64,000 nucleotides of DNA from Eledone cirrhosa. Its lineage: Eukaryota. This document shows positions 27,046 to 39,488 of the stretch, one piece after another. The notes under the pieces were generated by a model. It was not told the DNA's origin. It saw only the letters and a list, made by a program, of their open reading frames with translations, and did no database searches. Positions within the stretch are counted from its first letter, which is position 1. Every line of letters starts with the position of its first letter. A program made the position numbers and the translations under genes. The stretch is from contig OZ024741.1 of NCBI GenBank assembly GCA_964016885.1, positions 180,606,001-180,670,000 on the forward strand. The letters are read 5' to 3'.

Positions 27046-27396
27046 AAAGAAGAAATAGGATTTCACTTCAAGCATAGCTTTATACAATATGTATAAATAT
27101 TTCGTATCTCCAAGGAAATACAGTTTTAGGAAACCGTAGCTATGCAAACACTGGGGGGTTAACGCCCTCTGGTGATGTCCAAATGAGATTAATCACCTCA
27201 TTTACACAGACGAGAAAAGTATATATTCTCAGCTGTCTTCTAGTCCAGCAGTCGCAAGCGGTGGGAGGGACCGTCCTGACGAAGGCCAGTTAAGCCTGAA
27301 ATGCATAGATGGTTGTCCCCCTTTTTTCTGCTGGACATCACCAGAGGGCGTTTGCATAGCTACGGCTTCCTAAAACTGTATTTCTTTGGAGATACG

Positions 27397-27402
<6 letters not shown>
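27046..27402. mobile_element. Fold-back mini-element in (TA)n containing an intact minimal hammerhead ribozyme
   Basis: Left arm ~27097-27251 is inverted vs right arm ~27328-27402 (right arm lacks two segments); unpaired tail 27046-27096. Confidence 0.75.
27269..27314 (+). ncRNA. Minimal type-I hammerhead ribozyme
   Basis: Stem I gaccgtc/gatggtt; CUGACGA 27276-82; stem II aggc-cagttaa-gcct; GAAA; palindromic stem III a-tgca-t; AUA cleavage after 27307. Confidence 0.85.
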
Positions 27403-27430
<28 letters not shown>

Positions 27431-27435
<5 letters not shown>

Positions 27436-27622
27436 AACCAGTAGGACCCCGACGCCTGAGCTCAAGCCGTTTCGACGGCTAATTCTGGACTAAAATAGCC
27501 GTCGAAACGGCTTGAGCTCAGCCGTTGGGGTCCTACTCATTCCTATTACCCAATCTACTACCCTAAGTATTGAGTACTTTGGTGTGTTATGGTCCATCTG
27601 GTTCCTTACCACATTTCCTTCG

Positions 27623-27623
<1 letters not shown>
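27431..27623 (+). mobile_element. Fold-back insert in (TA)n (Penelope-like 3' end)
   Basis: Arms 27431-27481 / 27496-27546; hairpin gacggcta...tagccgtc directly followed by GAAAC; tail 'ctactaccctaagtattgagtact'. Confidence 0.7.
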
Positions 27624-27664
<41 letters not shown>

Positions 27665-27669
27665 GTATA

Positions 27670-28326
27670 GAAACTGTAATGCCACAGATAAATTGCAAAA
27701 CTAGAAATGTACTCTATAGGATAAGATGTACAGATGGACGATGCAGAAACAAGACAATGACATACATAGAGACAGCTTGTAGTATAGGAGAGAGATTAAA
27801 TGAAACTGGTGAGAACTTAAGGAGGAGAAAAGCTCATCAGTGCTATATCAACATGCCAAAGTAGAACATGTGGGCTAAATAGATAACAGAAATAAAGACC
27901 CTATCCACACATAGAACTGATGCAAACCTCAGACAAATTACACACATTTACACATACAAGCAACACACATAATAGAAGATTGACCTAGTCTGAACAGAAA
28001 ATATGAGGGGAATAGTAACAGCTCGCAACTTAACAGAATAGGGGGGAAAATAGACAAAAACAGTCACAAACAGCTAAACGCAAACAATACAAACCTACAC
28101 TCACATAGACATGACATACACATACACACACAGAGACAAAGGTGCAGGTACGAATCACAAAAAAATGAGCTACAAAACAGTCATTGAGGGGTCACAGAAT
28201 GTATGACAAAAGAACTTCGGTAAACAAATGAATAATGATGAATAAAGATAAGAATGAAGTGAAAATTATATGGTTTCTTTCTATTAGCAAAATTGACAAC
28301 ACGACCATCCCCAATATAACAATATA
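27670..28326 (+). mobile_element. Degraded Penelope-like element (GIY-YIG + 3' end)
   Basis: INCKTRNVLYRIRC...TYIE-TACSIGERL; decayed HHR ~28180-28220; end 'gaccatccccaatataacaatat'; TA flanks. Confidence 0.85.
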
Positions 28327-28352
28327 TTCGTGTATATATATATATATATATA

Positions 28353-28721
<369 letters not shown>

Positions 28722-28958
28722 ATCAAGGAAACAACAAACAGATACACAAAAAGTCTTATTAGTTTCACGCTTTATATGGAAAAGGGGAAAGAAAATTCGA
28801 TGTGTTGGGCTTTAGCCCTTCTTTAGGAGTACAAAAATAGGTACAGGATCACAAAAAAGTAAAGAAAAAAAATAAAGAGAGTATCAAGACAAACCGTTAG
28901 GTAGTCTTGGAACGCAAAGTGAAGTGTATGTGTATTAGTGTCATTATTATGTGTGAAA

Positions 28959-29148
28959 GGGCGGTGGATTGGCAGTATCAGTCGAGAGTCGGACGCCATG
29001 CTTTCCAGCATAGTTACGTCCCTTTACGGTCTGAGTTCAAATCCCGCCGAGGTTAACTTTGCCTTTCATCCTTACAGGGTCGATAAAATAAAGTACCAGT
29101 AATGCACTGGGTAATTGCTGGCCTTGTGCCTAAAGTAGAAACAATTAT
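28959..29148 (+). mobile_element. Young tRNA-SINE (family 1) with TSD
   Basis: 'attattatgtgtgaa' on both sides. Confidence 0.92.
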
Positions 29149-29676
29149 TATGTGTGAATGTATGTGAATGTTTAAACATGTGTTTTTTGGACTTGTATGT
29201 GTAAGTGAATGTAAGTTTGAATGTGTGTACTGTTTATGTGTGTTGAAGTTATTTTGTGTGTGTGTAAAGTATCTGGCAGTGTTAGCGTGTGTCTGTGAGA
29301 TGTGTGGATTTGTATGTGTGAGTGTATGATTAAATTTTAATGTGTGTATGTATGTTGAAGTTTATATTCTGTATGTATAAAGTATCTAACTGTGATTTGT
29401 ATGTAAGTATGTATTAACGAGTTTGTAACATAGAATAAAGGAAGTATACATTCATTTGATTTATTGATTTATTGATATTTTTTCTGAGTGTCCCGAATCT
29501 TCCAGATCGCAATTTTTCGGTCGTACGGTTGATTATAGACTTGTTCTATGTGTGACGGTATTTTAACGATAGTTATAGCTCTGATTTATCTGAATTATTG
29601 AGCCCTCTGCCGCTCATTTTCGAATTTTGTTTATCGTGAACTCGTGCGCCGATTTTTCGATACTCGATTATTCTAC

Positions 29677-29707
<31 letters not shown>

Positions 29708-29800
29708 ATTGTGTTTAAATACCATAGTATTTAAAACATCCAAATATTAAGTAAATAAGCACTCCAAACTGAAGGGTAGAGTGTAGAAATTTATTTTGTA

Positions 29801-30270
29801 ATTAGCAGTGGTGGCACGTGTTCTGAAAGTACAGTTGCCAGAGTGAAGAACAGGGTGGAAAAAGTTCAGGGTACTAATACTGCTGCTGGCTATGTAAAGT
29901 TTCTTCTTCAAAATGAAAGGCAGATTATATGATGCTTGTGTGCAGCCAGCTGTGCTGCATGGATGTGAGATTGCGCTCTGTGTATAGAGGGCCTATGAAA
30001 GTCTTCTTCTATAGTTTCTAACAACTTCATGCACCCAGCACCTTTTTATGTATCTCTGAACATCCAAGCACATTACAAGTCCATACCACTACAGTTTCCT
30101 TTCTTGCACATTACATTGGACCCCTCTTATGCCTAGTTTCCCTCTTAGTTCATTGATGCTTCATTGATTGTGTACATGTACACTACTATGACACATTCAT
30201 CAGAGCATGAATGCCTCAGTCTTTCCAGTTTTGGTACGTCCTCAGCACACATAGCTCAATCTCACATCCA
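29801..30270. mobile_element. Old RTE fragment with inverted 3' half
   Basis: 29801-29992 plus strand (ISSGG..GWKKF..LYDAC..LHG); 30000-30270 minus strand continues the ORF; ~35 bp 'tggatgtgagattg...gagg' present in both. Confidence 0.75.
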
Positions 30271-30456
30271 GGTGAAATGCCAGAATAACAAGACTCACTA
30301 TTTAGCCTTAATAAAATGAATATTTAAACTCTACTTCAGTATTGAGTATTCTTTTCTCTTGGCTGTCTACTACATACAGAAAGTATATATATATACATAA
30401 ATATATATAAAATTTAATATAGAAATGGCTTCTACAGGACTATGTATCTGGATGTG

Positions 30457-30740
30457 AGAAGGCATGTGGCCTCGTGGTTAAGGTTTTTGGCTAATAATAA
30501 TCAGGTCGTGAGTTTGATTCCTGAATCAGACATTGTATCCTTGATCAAGATACTTTATTTCATATTGTTCCAGCCCACTCAGCTGGCAGAAATGAGTTGT
30601 ACCTGTACTTCAATGGCCAGCCTTGACACACATTGTCATGCTAAATCTCCCTGAGAAATACATTATGTGTGTGGAATGCCCAACCACTTACATGTTAAGT
30701 TTATGATAAAGCAGTTCTATTAATTGGATCAGTTGGAGCA
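30457..30740 (+). mobile_element. tRNA-CORE SINE (family 3)
   Basis: Homologous to 9008-9330. Confidence 0.8.
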
Positions 30741-31271
30741 CTTGCTTAGGAAATGATTGAGGTCCAACACTCAATGAATCAGTTAAGTTGAAGCTACAGT
30801 TGAGACTTGCCCAAAATGTGTGCATGTGTTCAGTGGGATTGAATTTTGAACCATATGTTTGCAATGTGAACTCCTTAAGCACATAGCCATCACTGCACAC
30901 TTTTATTAATTAATTTATTTTTGTAGGTAGGCGTAGGTGTGGCTGTGTGGTTAAAAAGTTGGCTTCACAACAACTAAAATTGGGAGAAACTGCACAGAAT
31001 CCCATTGTATGTAACACATACATATATGTATGTGTCTTTGTGTTTATATTTATATTGCCGTTTAATGGTTCAATAAATACAGATTGATAAAATAAGTACC
31101 CAATTTAAAAGAAAAGTATTGTCAGTGATATTGACTAAAAATCCCTTTCAAGTCAGTGCCCTAAAATGGACAAAGTCCGATGACTTAAACCAGTAAAAAA
31201 GAAAATTGTCTAATCTGCATATTTAGAAAGAAAATGTTTATTTAAAATGTTTATATTTATATATATATATA

Positions 31272-31497
31272 TTTTTTTAAAACGATCGACTTTCGTCAAA
31301 TCGGACCGAGGAAACAATGTTTTCGTCGGCCTTTCCAGTTGCTAATACTATCTATCGGTCGCAACTCCAGGTAGAAGGAGCAATGTGAAATAAAGTGTCT
31401 TGCTCAAGGACATAACGCATCGCCCGGTCCAGGAATCGAACTCACAATCTCAAGATTGTGAATCCAATTCTCTAACTGCTCAGCCACACGCCTTCAC
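31272..31497 (-). mobile_element. tRNA-CORE SINE with hairpin-rich, oligo(A)-ended tail, in (TA)n
   Basis: Head/CORE as other SINEs; tail 'ggccgacgaaaacattgtttcctcggtcc-gatttgacgaaagtcgatcg-ttttaaaaaaa'. Confidence 0.75.
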
Positions 31498-31521
31498 TTA
31501 TATATATATACATTTTAAATA

Positions 31522-31558
<37 letters not shown>

Positions 31559-31662
31559 ATATATATGTATATATATATGTATATATATATATGTGTATAT
31601 ATATATGTATATATATGTGTATATATATATATGTGTGTGTGTATATATATATGTGTATATAT

Positions 31663-32438
31663 ATATTGTTATACTTTGAGAGGGTCATGTTGCCAATAAG
31701 AAACATACACACCAGTTGCTTTCACTTCAATTTATTATAATACATTTATAGATTTAGGAATTTATAAATTTCTGGTTGGTTGGATAGTTCCACAACCAGA
31801 TGATTGTTTATATATTGTCAAAGTTCTTTCGTCACACATTCTGTGACCTCTTCAGTGACGGGATTCTTTTCTTTGTTTTTGTGCCTCTCCTTTGTTCTAT
31901 CCTACGCCATCTTGTTTTGTGTGTGTGTTGTGTGCTTAGTTTGCGCATGTGTTACATCCGGGTGTCTGTGTGTGTTTATATTCGTTTATTTATTTGTTTA
32001 TTTGTTTATTTACATGTTACTGGTTGGTTGTTTGTTCTATGTGCGTGTGTGTTTTCATTTTGTCCTTAATTGTAAGTTGTGATGTTGCTGTTCCATTCAT
32101 GTTTTCTATTTAATTTTGGTTGGAGTTCATTTATGTTTATTGCCTCTGTGATTTGTCTAAGCATTGTGTCTTTTCTGTGTGTAGATTCTATTTTTATTTC
32201 TATGTTCTATTTTAGCATGTTGGTAGAGTACAGATGATTCGTTACTATCTTGAAGGTCTCGCCAGTGTTCATTTATTCGTTCCCCTATACTACGAGCTGT
32301 CTCACCTATGTACACTATATTTTTGTCTCTACATTGTCCTTCAGTACATCTTATGTTATATACTACATTTCTAGTTTTACAGTTAATATGGGGGCTTAAT
32401 TTACAGATTATACATTTCTTATCTATACAGGGAGGTCT
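31663..32438 (-). mobile_element. Penelope-like element 3' part (GIY-YIG + HHR)
   Basis: Minus strand 'INCKTRNVVYNIRCTEG...IGETARSIGERINEHW'; 3' end 'tgaccctctcaaagtataacaatat'; TA flanks. Confidence 0.88.
31817..31859 (-). ncRNA. Minimal hammerhead ribozyme
   Basis: gtca-CUGAAGA-g-gtcac(agaatgt)gtgac-GAAA-gaac-UU-tgac. Confidence 0.75.
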
Positions 32439-32442
32439 TTGT

Positions 32443-32478
<36 letters not shown>

Positions 32479-32904
32479 GTATATATATATATATATGTAT
32501 AATATGTGTATATATATATATATGTATAATATGTGTATATATATATATATGTATAATATGTATCATCATCATCATCATCATCATTTAACGTCCATCTTCC
32601 ACGCTTGCATGGGTTTGGATATATATATATATATATATATAAATAAACTGTATATATATATGTTTATATATTAAGTGTATAAATGTAAACTGTATATATA
32701 TGTTTATATCATCATCATCACTGTTTTACATCAATTCTTCCTCACTAGCATGTGTATATTTATATATAAACTATTTAAAACATTTCAGTATTACAGCTCT
32801 GCACTATATCCTAATGGATAGTATGAACACTATGTTGATGATACATGTCATGATGTGGTAGTTAAGAACAGTCTAACTTTATACTTAATTTTTATATATA
32901 TATA

Positions 32905-33480
32905 GGCCATAGTTCCGAGGCCATAGTATCTAGAACAAGGACGGGTTGGAAGAAGTTTAAGGAGCTGCTTCCTCTGCTGACGAAGAAGGGTTTCTCCCTG
33001 CGTACGAAAGGCCGGTTATATGATGCCTGTGTGAGGAGCGCGATGTTGCATGGTAGTGAGGCATGGGCAGCAACTGCAGAGGATATGCGACGGCTGGAGA
33101 GAAATGAGGCAAGCATGCTCCGTTGCATGTGCAGTGTCAATGTGCGTGAACGACCCAGCATGGATGTGTTGAGAGAGAAACTGTGTCTGAGAGGGATAGA
33201 ATGTAGTGTACGGGAGAGGAGACTGAGGTGGTATGGACATGTGATGCACATGGAGGATGACCGATGGGTAAAGAAGTGCCAGGAAATGCCAGTTGAAGGA
33301 AGACGTGGTAGAGGTAGACCACGAAAAACATGGGCGGAGGTGGTGAGAACAGACCTCAGATCGCTGAAGCTCACGGTGGAGATGACGAAGGACCGTGACA
33401 AGTGGAGAGATGCTGTGCTGAATAAGACCCGTCCCACCCTTGCGAGCAGGGAAGAGCGGACGTAAAATGATGATGATGAT
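32905..33480 (+). mobile_element. 5'-truncated RTE LINE (family B); ORF runs directly into the (GAT)n tail
   Basis: [33 protein letters not shown]..., stop TAA 33463-65 then aatgatgatgat; TA flanks; tiny inverted 3'-end copy at 33556-33597. Confidence 0.92.
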
Positions 33481-34113
33481 ATATGTATATATACATATGA
33501 GTATATGCGTATATATGCGAATGTGTGTATACATTTGCGCGCGAACATGGAAAGCCATCATCATCATCATTTTACGTCCGCTCTTCCCTGCTTGCATGTA
33601 TATATATATGTGTGTGTATAATTTTTATATACTATAGTGTAATTAGGGGCTCTAACCCTAGTGCTGTTAGATCGACTCTCCACATTTCTTTTCAAATGGC
33701 TGACAATACCTTACCGGCGCCACTCGAATAAGGTAGTTATTTAACCCATAAATGGAGCCCTAACAGGTACTACCACCCTGGGCCAGGGCAGACCTGGGAG
33801 TCATGACAACTAAAGAGTAACTCCACATTCCCCACAACTCCTGAACTCCCGAACTGGAGCCTTGCCACTGGATGTAGTTTAATGTCATACCCAGGACATT
33901 ATATACTATATCTTCGTCTATTAATGCATCCACACTGGTCAGCGCATACTTATGTAAAAGCCTAAATCTGAAAACATTACCATTAATGTTCTCATCATTA
34001 TCATTACTTTTACTATCATTAATATCTTTAGTATTTTTATATTGAATCATTTTACTTTTATTAACATCAATTTCCATATATGGTAGCTGAAAATCATTCG
34101 GCTATTCTAAAAA

Positions 34114-34300
34114 TAATTGTTTCTACTTTTGGCACAAGGCCAGCAATTACCCAGTGCATTACTGGTACTTTATTTTATCGACCCCGGAAGGATGAAAGGC
34201 AAAGTTAACCTCGGCGGGATTTGAACTCAAATCATACAGGGAGGTAACTCTATGCTTCAAAGCATGGCATCCGACCCTCTACCGATACTGCCAATCCACC
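34114..34300 (-). mobile_element. Young tRNA-SINE (family 1) with ~18-bp TSD
   Basis: 'cggctattctaaaa(a)taat' both sides. Confidence 0.92.
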
Positions 34301-34769
34301 GGCTATTCTAAAAATAATATTAGTCTCCTGATATTTTCATAGAAAAAATATGTTTTTTCTATAGCAAGAATTCGTTCTTCTCACTCCACATAATGACATA
34401 GGCAAAATGTATGCAAGAGTAACTATCTCAAGAGAACGTCTTCATGTACTGCTGTTATGTCTTACCATTTTCTAAAGGCAATATTTGGTCATAATGTTTT
34501 TGAAATATTTACTTCTGTGTCTACAGATTAACTTTTCTCAGTTTCAGATGATCACACTTAGGGTGAAAGCAGAAATTTATTGCTTACACTTTTAATCTGT
34601 ACTAATGATAATAATTATTTGCTCTACGGGTTTATATATGCTTATATATATATATACGATATATATATATATATATACAATCCTTATTGTGTCCTCTTTG
34701 GATTTTGGTCTTTGTATTATTACTATTTGGTTCCTTTCGTAGAACACTCTTCAGACTTTATACCATTAT

Positions 34770-35521
34770 GCAGAAATAACACCTTAGTATTTCTATGAAA
34801 AGTATTTCAGTACCAAGCAGGAAGACATACTTAAAAATACTCATCCCCAAAACTGATTCATTCCTTAAAAGGATGCATTGGCATGCCTTCTATTTCAACC
34901 ACCGTGATAAATCTGATAAAAACCAGGACAAGTTTGGATTTACGGATTTAAGACATAAAATAACCCTCCAAGCAACCCAGCTTTATTACCTAACGAAATG
35001 ATGTATTTCAACTCATATGGTGTATGAAATTTCAAAAGAGAAGCACTCCTTCCAGCCAGATTTGAAGAATAGAATCCGACTGATAAAAGATTCTAATGCT
35101 GTACAGGTTCGCTCCAATAAAACCTGTAATTGATACCAAGTTGAGAAGAGTACCTGTCTCCAATTGCTACATAATGCTGTGATTACCAGAAAATCGATTG
35201 GAGTGCTATTAAAGACATCAACAATGCTGGTTTAAAAATCACTAAATATCCAGAACCTCTGGAACCTATTTCTCCTCATTTTACTCTGAAGGGTCATAAA
35301 CCAAATTTCGATAACAGTCCATCTATTCAGCTCATTAACTCTACTAAGTCTGATTCAGGTAGACTTAGTGAAATAATTTTAGATAGAATTATACCCGAAA
35401 TTAAAGATATGGCCCTTTTAGTCTTGTGGAATATTTCTTTCATGGCGATTGATTGGTTCAATGGTATACAAGGAACACTGCCATTTTATTCAATTTGGCA
35501 TCAACAGCTACTATTCTTCCA
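34770..35521 (+). pseudogene. Degraded N-terminal/RT half of a second Penelope-like class
   Basis: 'YSMKSISVPSRKTYLKILIPKTDSFLKRMHWHAFYF', 'TLKGHKPNF...LINSTKSDSGRLSEIILDRI', 'QFGINSYYSS' (decayed DI..FYPS). Confidence 0.75.
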
Positions 35522-35631
35522 ATATATATATATATATACATACACACATTGTCTACTCCATGCTAGCATGGAAAATGGACATTAAACGATGGTGATGATA
35601 TATATATATATATATATATATCTATATATAT

Positions 35632-35914
<283 letters not shown>

Positions 35915-35928
35915 TGTGTGTGTGTATA

Positions 35929-36735
35929 TCTGTATATATATAAAATTAAGTATGTGTGTGTGTGTGTCTGTGTATTACCTATAGGGCCTACATCTTACGA
36001 CCGATTTTCATGAGACTTTACAGTCTCATAGATTAGTCACCGGGGAGTGTTTTCTATATATCAGTGTATCGTTTTGTTTTATTCCGGGGTCATTCTGCAC
36101 ATAAAAATCGATAGGGGGATCACCTTTTTTTAGGTATCGAAAAATAAGATTTTTGGCTCTAGCTCCCACATTTTGCTGCCGATTTCGTTCAAATTTTAAA
36201 GCAAAATAGAATTTATCATTGCACATCCTGTAATGGCTTTATATTTTGCATTTGTTGTTCAGGGACGGCGTGGCAGCCGCTTAAATATTCAAAAATACTA
36301 CTTTTAGATTCAAATTTCCACTTTTTCGGCTCGAGCTCCCACATTAATCAACCTACTTTGTTCAAATTTTGCACTACGCTAGATCTGATTATTTCACGTC
36401 TTAAAGTGGCTTCACATTTTGGATTTTTTGTTCAGGAATGGTGTGGCAGCCGCTTAAATATTCGAAAATACCACCTTTTCGTTCAAATTTCCGCCTTATC
36501 AGCTCTAGCTCCCACATTTTTCAACCGATTTCATTCAAATTTGAAACTCCCTCCCCCAGCATTCCCCTTCGTCAGTCACCCGCGTTCACCATTGATAGAG
36601 GTCATCACCACCCTCCCCCGCATGGCCTGTGTGTGGCCATAGATGAGTCATCGAGAAGCAGTCGTAAGATCAACACCTTTTCATCAAAGCAGATATTATT
36701 TTACCTACCCAGGCAACGCTGGGTACTGCTGCTAG
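35929..36735 (+). mobile_element. Non-autonomous Helitron-like element
   Basis: 5' TCTGTATATATAAAATTAAG(TG)n; hairpin tacccaggcaacgctgggta then CTAG 36732-35; internal ~170-bp tandem duplication (36270-36540). Confidence 0.78.
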
Positions 36736-37825
36736 TATATATATAAAGCTCAAGCTTTATGAGTGAATTCGGGAAGACAGAAACTGTACGGAAACTTATC
36801 AGATAGATTGTACCTGCAATTTACATGTTCAGCCTTATCACATATTGTGTCATGCTGATTCGAATTACATTAAGAGTACATGTGTCTGTACTTAACCACT
36901 TACTTGTTAATTCACATGAAGTTGGACATTCAGTTGATCGAATAACTGAATGCTTATTGCCAAAACCACAGATGATCCATAATTTATTATATAACACAGA
37001 AATAACATTCATGTAAGTTCTTTTATGCTTAGAATTCAGCATATGAAGAGAATAGTTTGGGATTTTAAAAAAATATACCAATTGTTTTGTACCAATGATG
37101 AGTAGGTAGCTTAAGGTATTGAAATTATTTCAAATATTCAGTTGGCTAGTCATAGAATTAATAGAGGCTTTGAAAATGACTATTACAAAGTATAGCATAA
37201 CATTACCAAACATACTTGGAATACTTACACCATTTAACAAGGGAAAAGAAAACATTTAATACAAATGAAAAAGAATACTCATTAGAATTAGTATCTATTT
37301 AAGCTACCTACATGTTCAAACATGTGGTCTACTGGCAGATGGCGACAATCATTAGATTCCTACATCATTCTCTCTAAATTAGGCACAAACAACTGTATAA
37401 ATACATATGCACATATATAAATTATACACACGCATGCACACGCATGCACACACCCACACTCATATAAGGAAAAGGATAAAAAAAAGGGTTTGAAAAGCAC
37501 ACCTGGTATATATATATAAAGGATCTTTATAGCATGTACAAAAATTGATGTTAAAAAATGATGTTTAGCAAACGCCTGCTTTCTCATTATTAGATTATCA
37601 AAACATTTGTTATTAGGTGAGTTTTTTTCTCCTGTTAACACTCCTTCATGCTGATTCTCGATCAACCACTCCTGTACACTCTATAGAATGTAAGACCGCG
37701 TATGAATAAGATGCAGACCCTGCCGGCCTGTCCGGCAGGTCAGTAGTCCTGCTTCAGTATTGGCTAGCAGGGAAAGAAAACATTAAATGATGGTAGTGAT
37801 GCTATATATGTATATATATATATAT

Positions 37826-38210
37826 GGAGGCACATGACTTAGTGGTTAGAGCATTGGCCTTGCAATCGAAAGGTTGTGAGTTCAATTCTCAGACCGGGTG
37901 ATGTGTTGTTTCCTTGAACAAGACACTTTATTTCACATTGCTCCAGTTTACTGTAGAAATGAGATGATAGGACTGGGTTCCCTATCATTTCACTGCAAAG
38001 TGGTCGTGGAGGTGCCACGGCAAAAAAGCACCCAGCCCACACTGTAAAGTGTATGTGTAGGTGCCATGGAAAAATAAAAGCACCCAACACTCACTGTAAA
38101 TAAGGTTGGTGTTAGGAAGGGCATCCAGCTGTAGAAATCAAGCCAGAATCAGTTCCCATCCCACCCGTGAAAACAGGGAAAAGCGGACGTAAAATGATGA
38201 TGATGATGAT
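37826..38210 (+). mobile_element. tRNA-CORE SINE with RTE-derived tail (family 2)
   Basis: A-box tgacttagtgg, B-box gagttcaattc, CORE, RTE 3'UTR segment, (GAT)n. Confidence 0.9.
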
Positions 38211-38611
38211 ATATATTTATGACTCTTCAGCTTTGCCAATGGCATGACAGCCTCTCTAGTGTTGTTCATTTTCACGATAAATGCACTTAGCACACTCTGT
38301 GAAATTGTTGGTGATAGGAAAGGCATCCAACCATAGAAAACTTGTGGGAGGACTCTTAAGACCTGTTAAAGACATGAAAATCTCCTAAGTGCAGCTGCCA
38401 TGTTAAAATGAACTCTTTTGAGCACACAGTCATATGTAAGCAAGATGCGGGGTTCCCAAATTGTTACAGCAATCTATAGAGTGCAGGAATGTATGTAAAT
38501 AAGATGCAAGCTCCAGCCTGCTTGAAAGATCAGTAGCTCTGATGGGGTACTGACCTGTCTGTGATGACCTGTCCAACCCTCGAGTGTCTGTGTATAGATG
38601 TGTATATATAT

Positions 38612-39012
38612 ATGCAGAAGATATGCGACGGCTGGAGAGAAATGAAGCAAGTATGCTCCGTTGGATGCAATGCCAATGTGCGTGATCGACAAAGCATAGA
38701 CGAGTTGTGAAAGAAACTGGGTATAAGAGGGATAAGTTGTGGTGTGCAGGAGAGAAGGCTGAGATGGTATGGACATGTGATGCACATGGAGGATGACCGC
38801 TGGGTAAAGAAGTGCCAAGAAATCCCAGTAGAAAGAAGACGCAGTAGACGTAGACCACGAAAAACATGAGCGGAGGTGGTAAGAGCAGACCTCGGATCGC
38901 TGAAACTCACCAAGGAGATGATGAAGGACCGTGACAAGTGGAGAAATGGTGTGCTGAATAGGACCTTTCCAACCATTGCAAGCAGGGAAAAGCGGATGTA
39001 AAATGATGATGA
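38612..39012 (+). mobile_element. RTE family-B 3' fragment
   Basis: Homologous to 33075-33480; TA flanks. Confidence 0.9.
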
Positions 39013-39020
39013 TATATATG

Positions 39021-39079
<59 letters not shown>

Positions 39080-39488
39080 CTATATATATATATATATATA
39101 ATGAAAAATAAAAGAGGAATATCCATCGCCAGTTGTCTGCTAGGATTCATATATATACATATATATATATATATATGTATATATATATGTATATATATAT
39201 ATGTGTATATATATATATATGTGTATATATATATATATATGTATATATATATGTATATATGTATATGTGTATATGTATATATGTATATATATATATGTAT
39301 ATGTGTATATATATGTATATGTGTATATATATATATGTATATGTTTTATATATATATATGTATATGTTTTATATATATATATGTATATGTGTATATATAT
39401 ATGTATATGTTTTATATATATATATGTGTATATATATATGTATATGTTTTATATATATATATGTATATATATATATGTATATGTATAT

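Noticed and set aside
28790-28830. Hammerhead on minus strand (ctaaagaagggctaaagcccaaca)
   Set aside because: Both core boxes mutated; too degenerate to call
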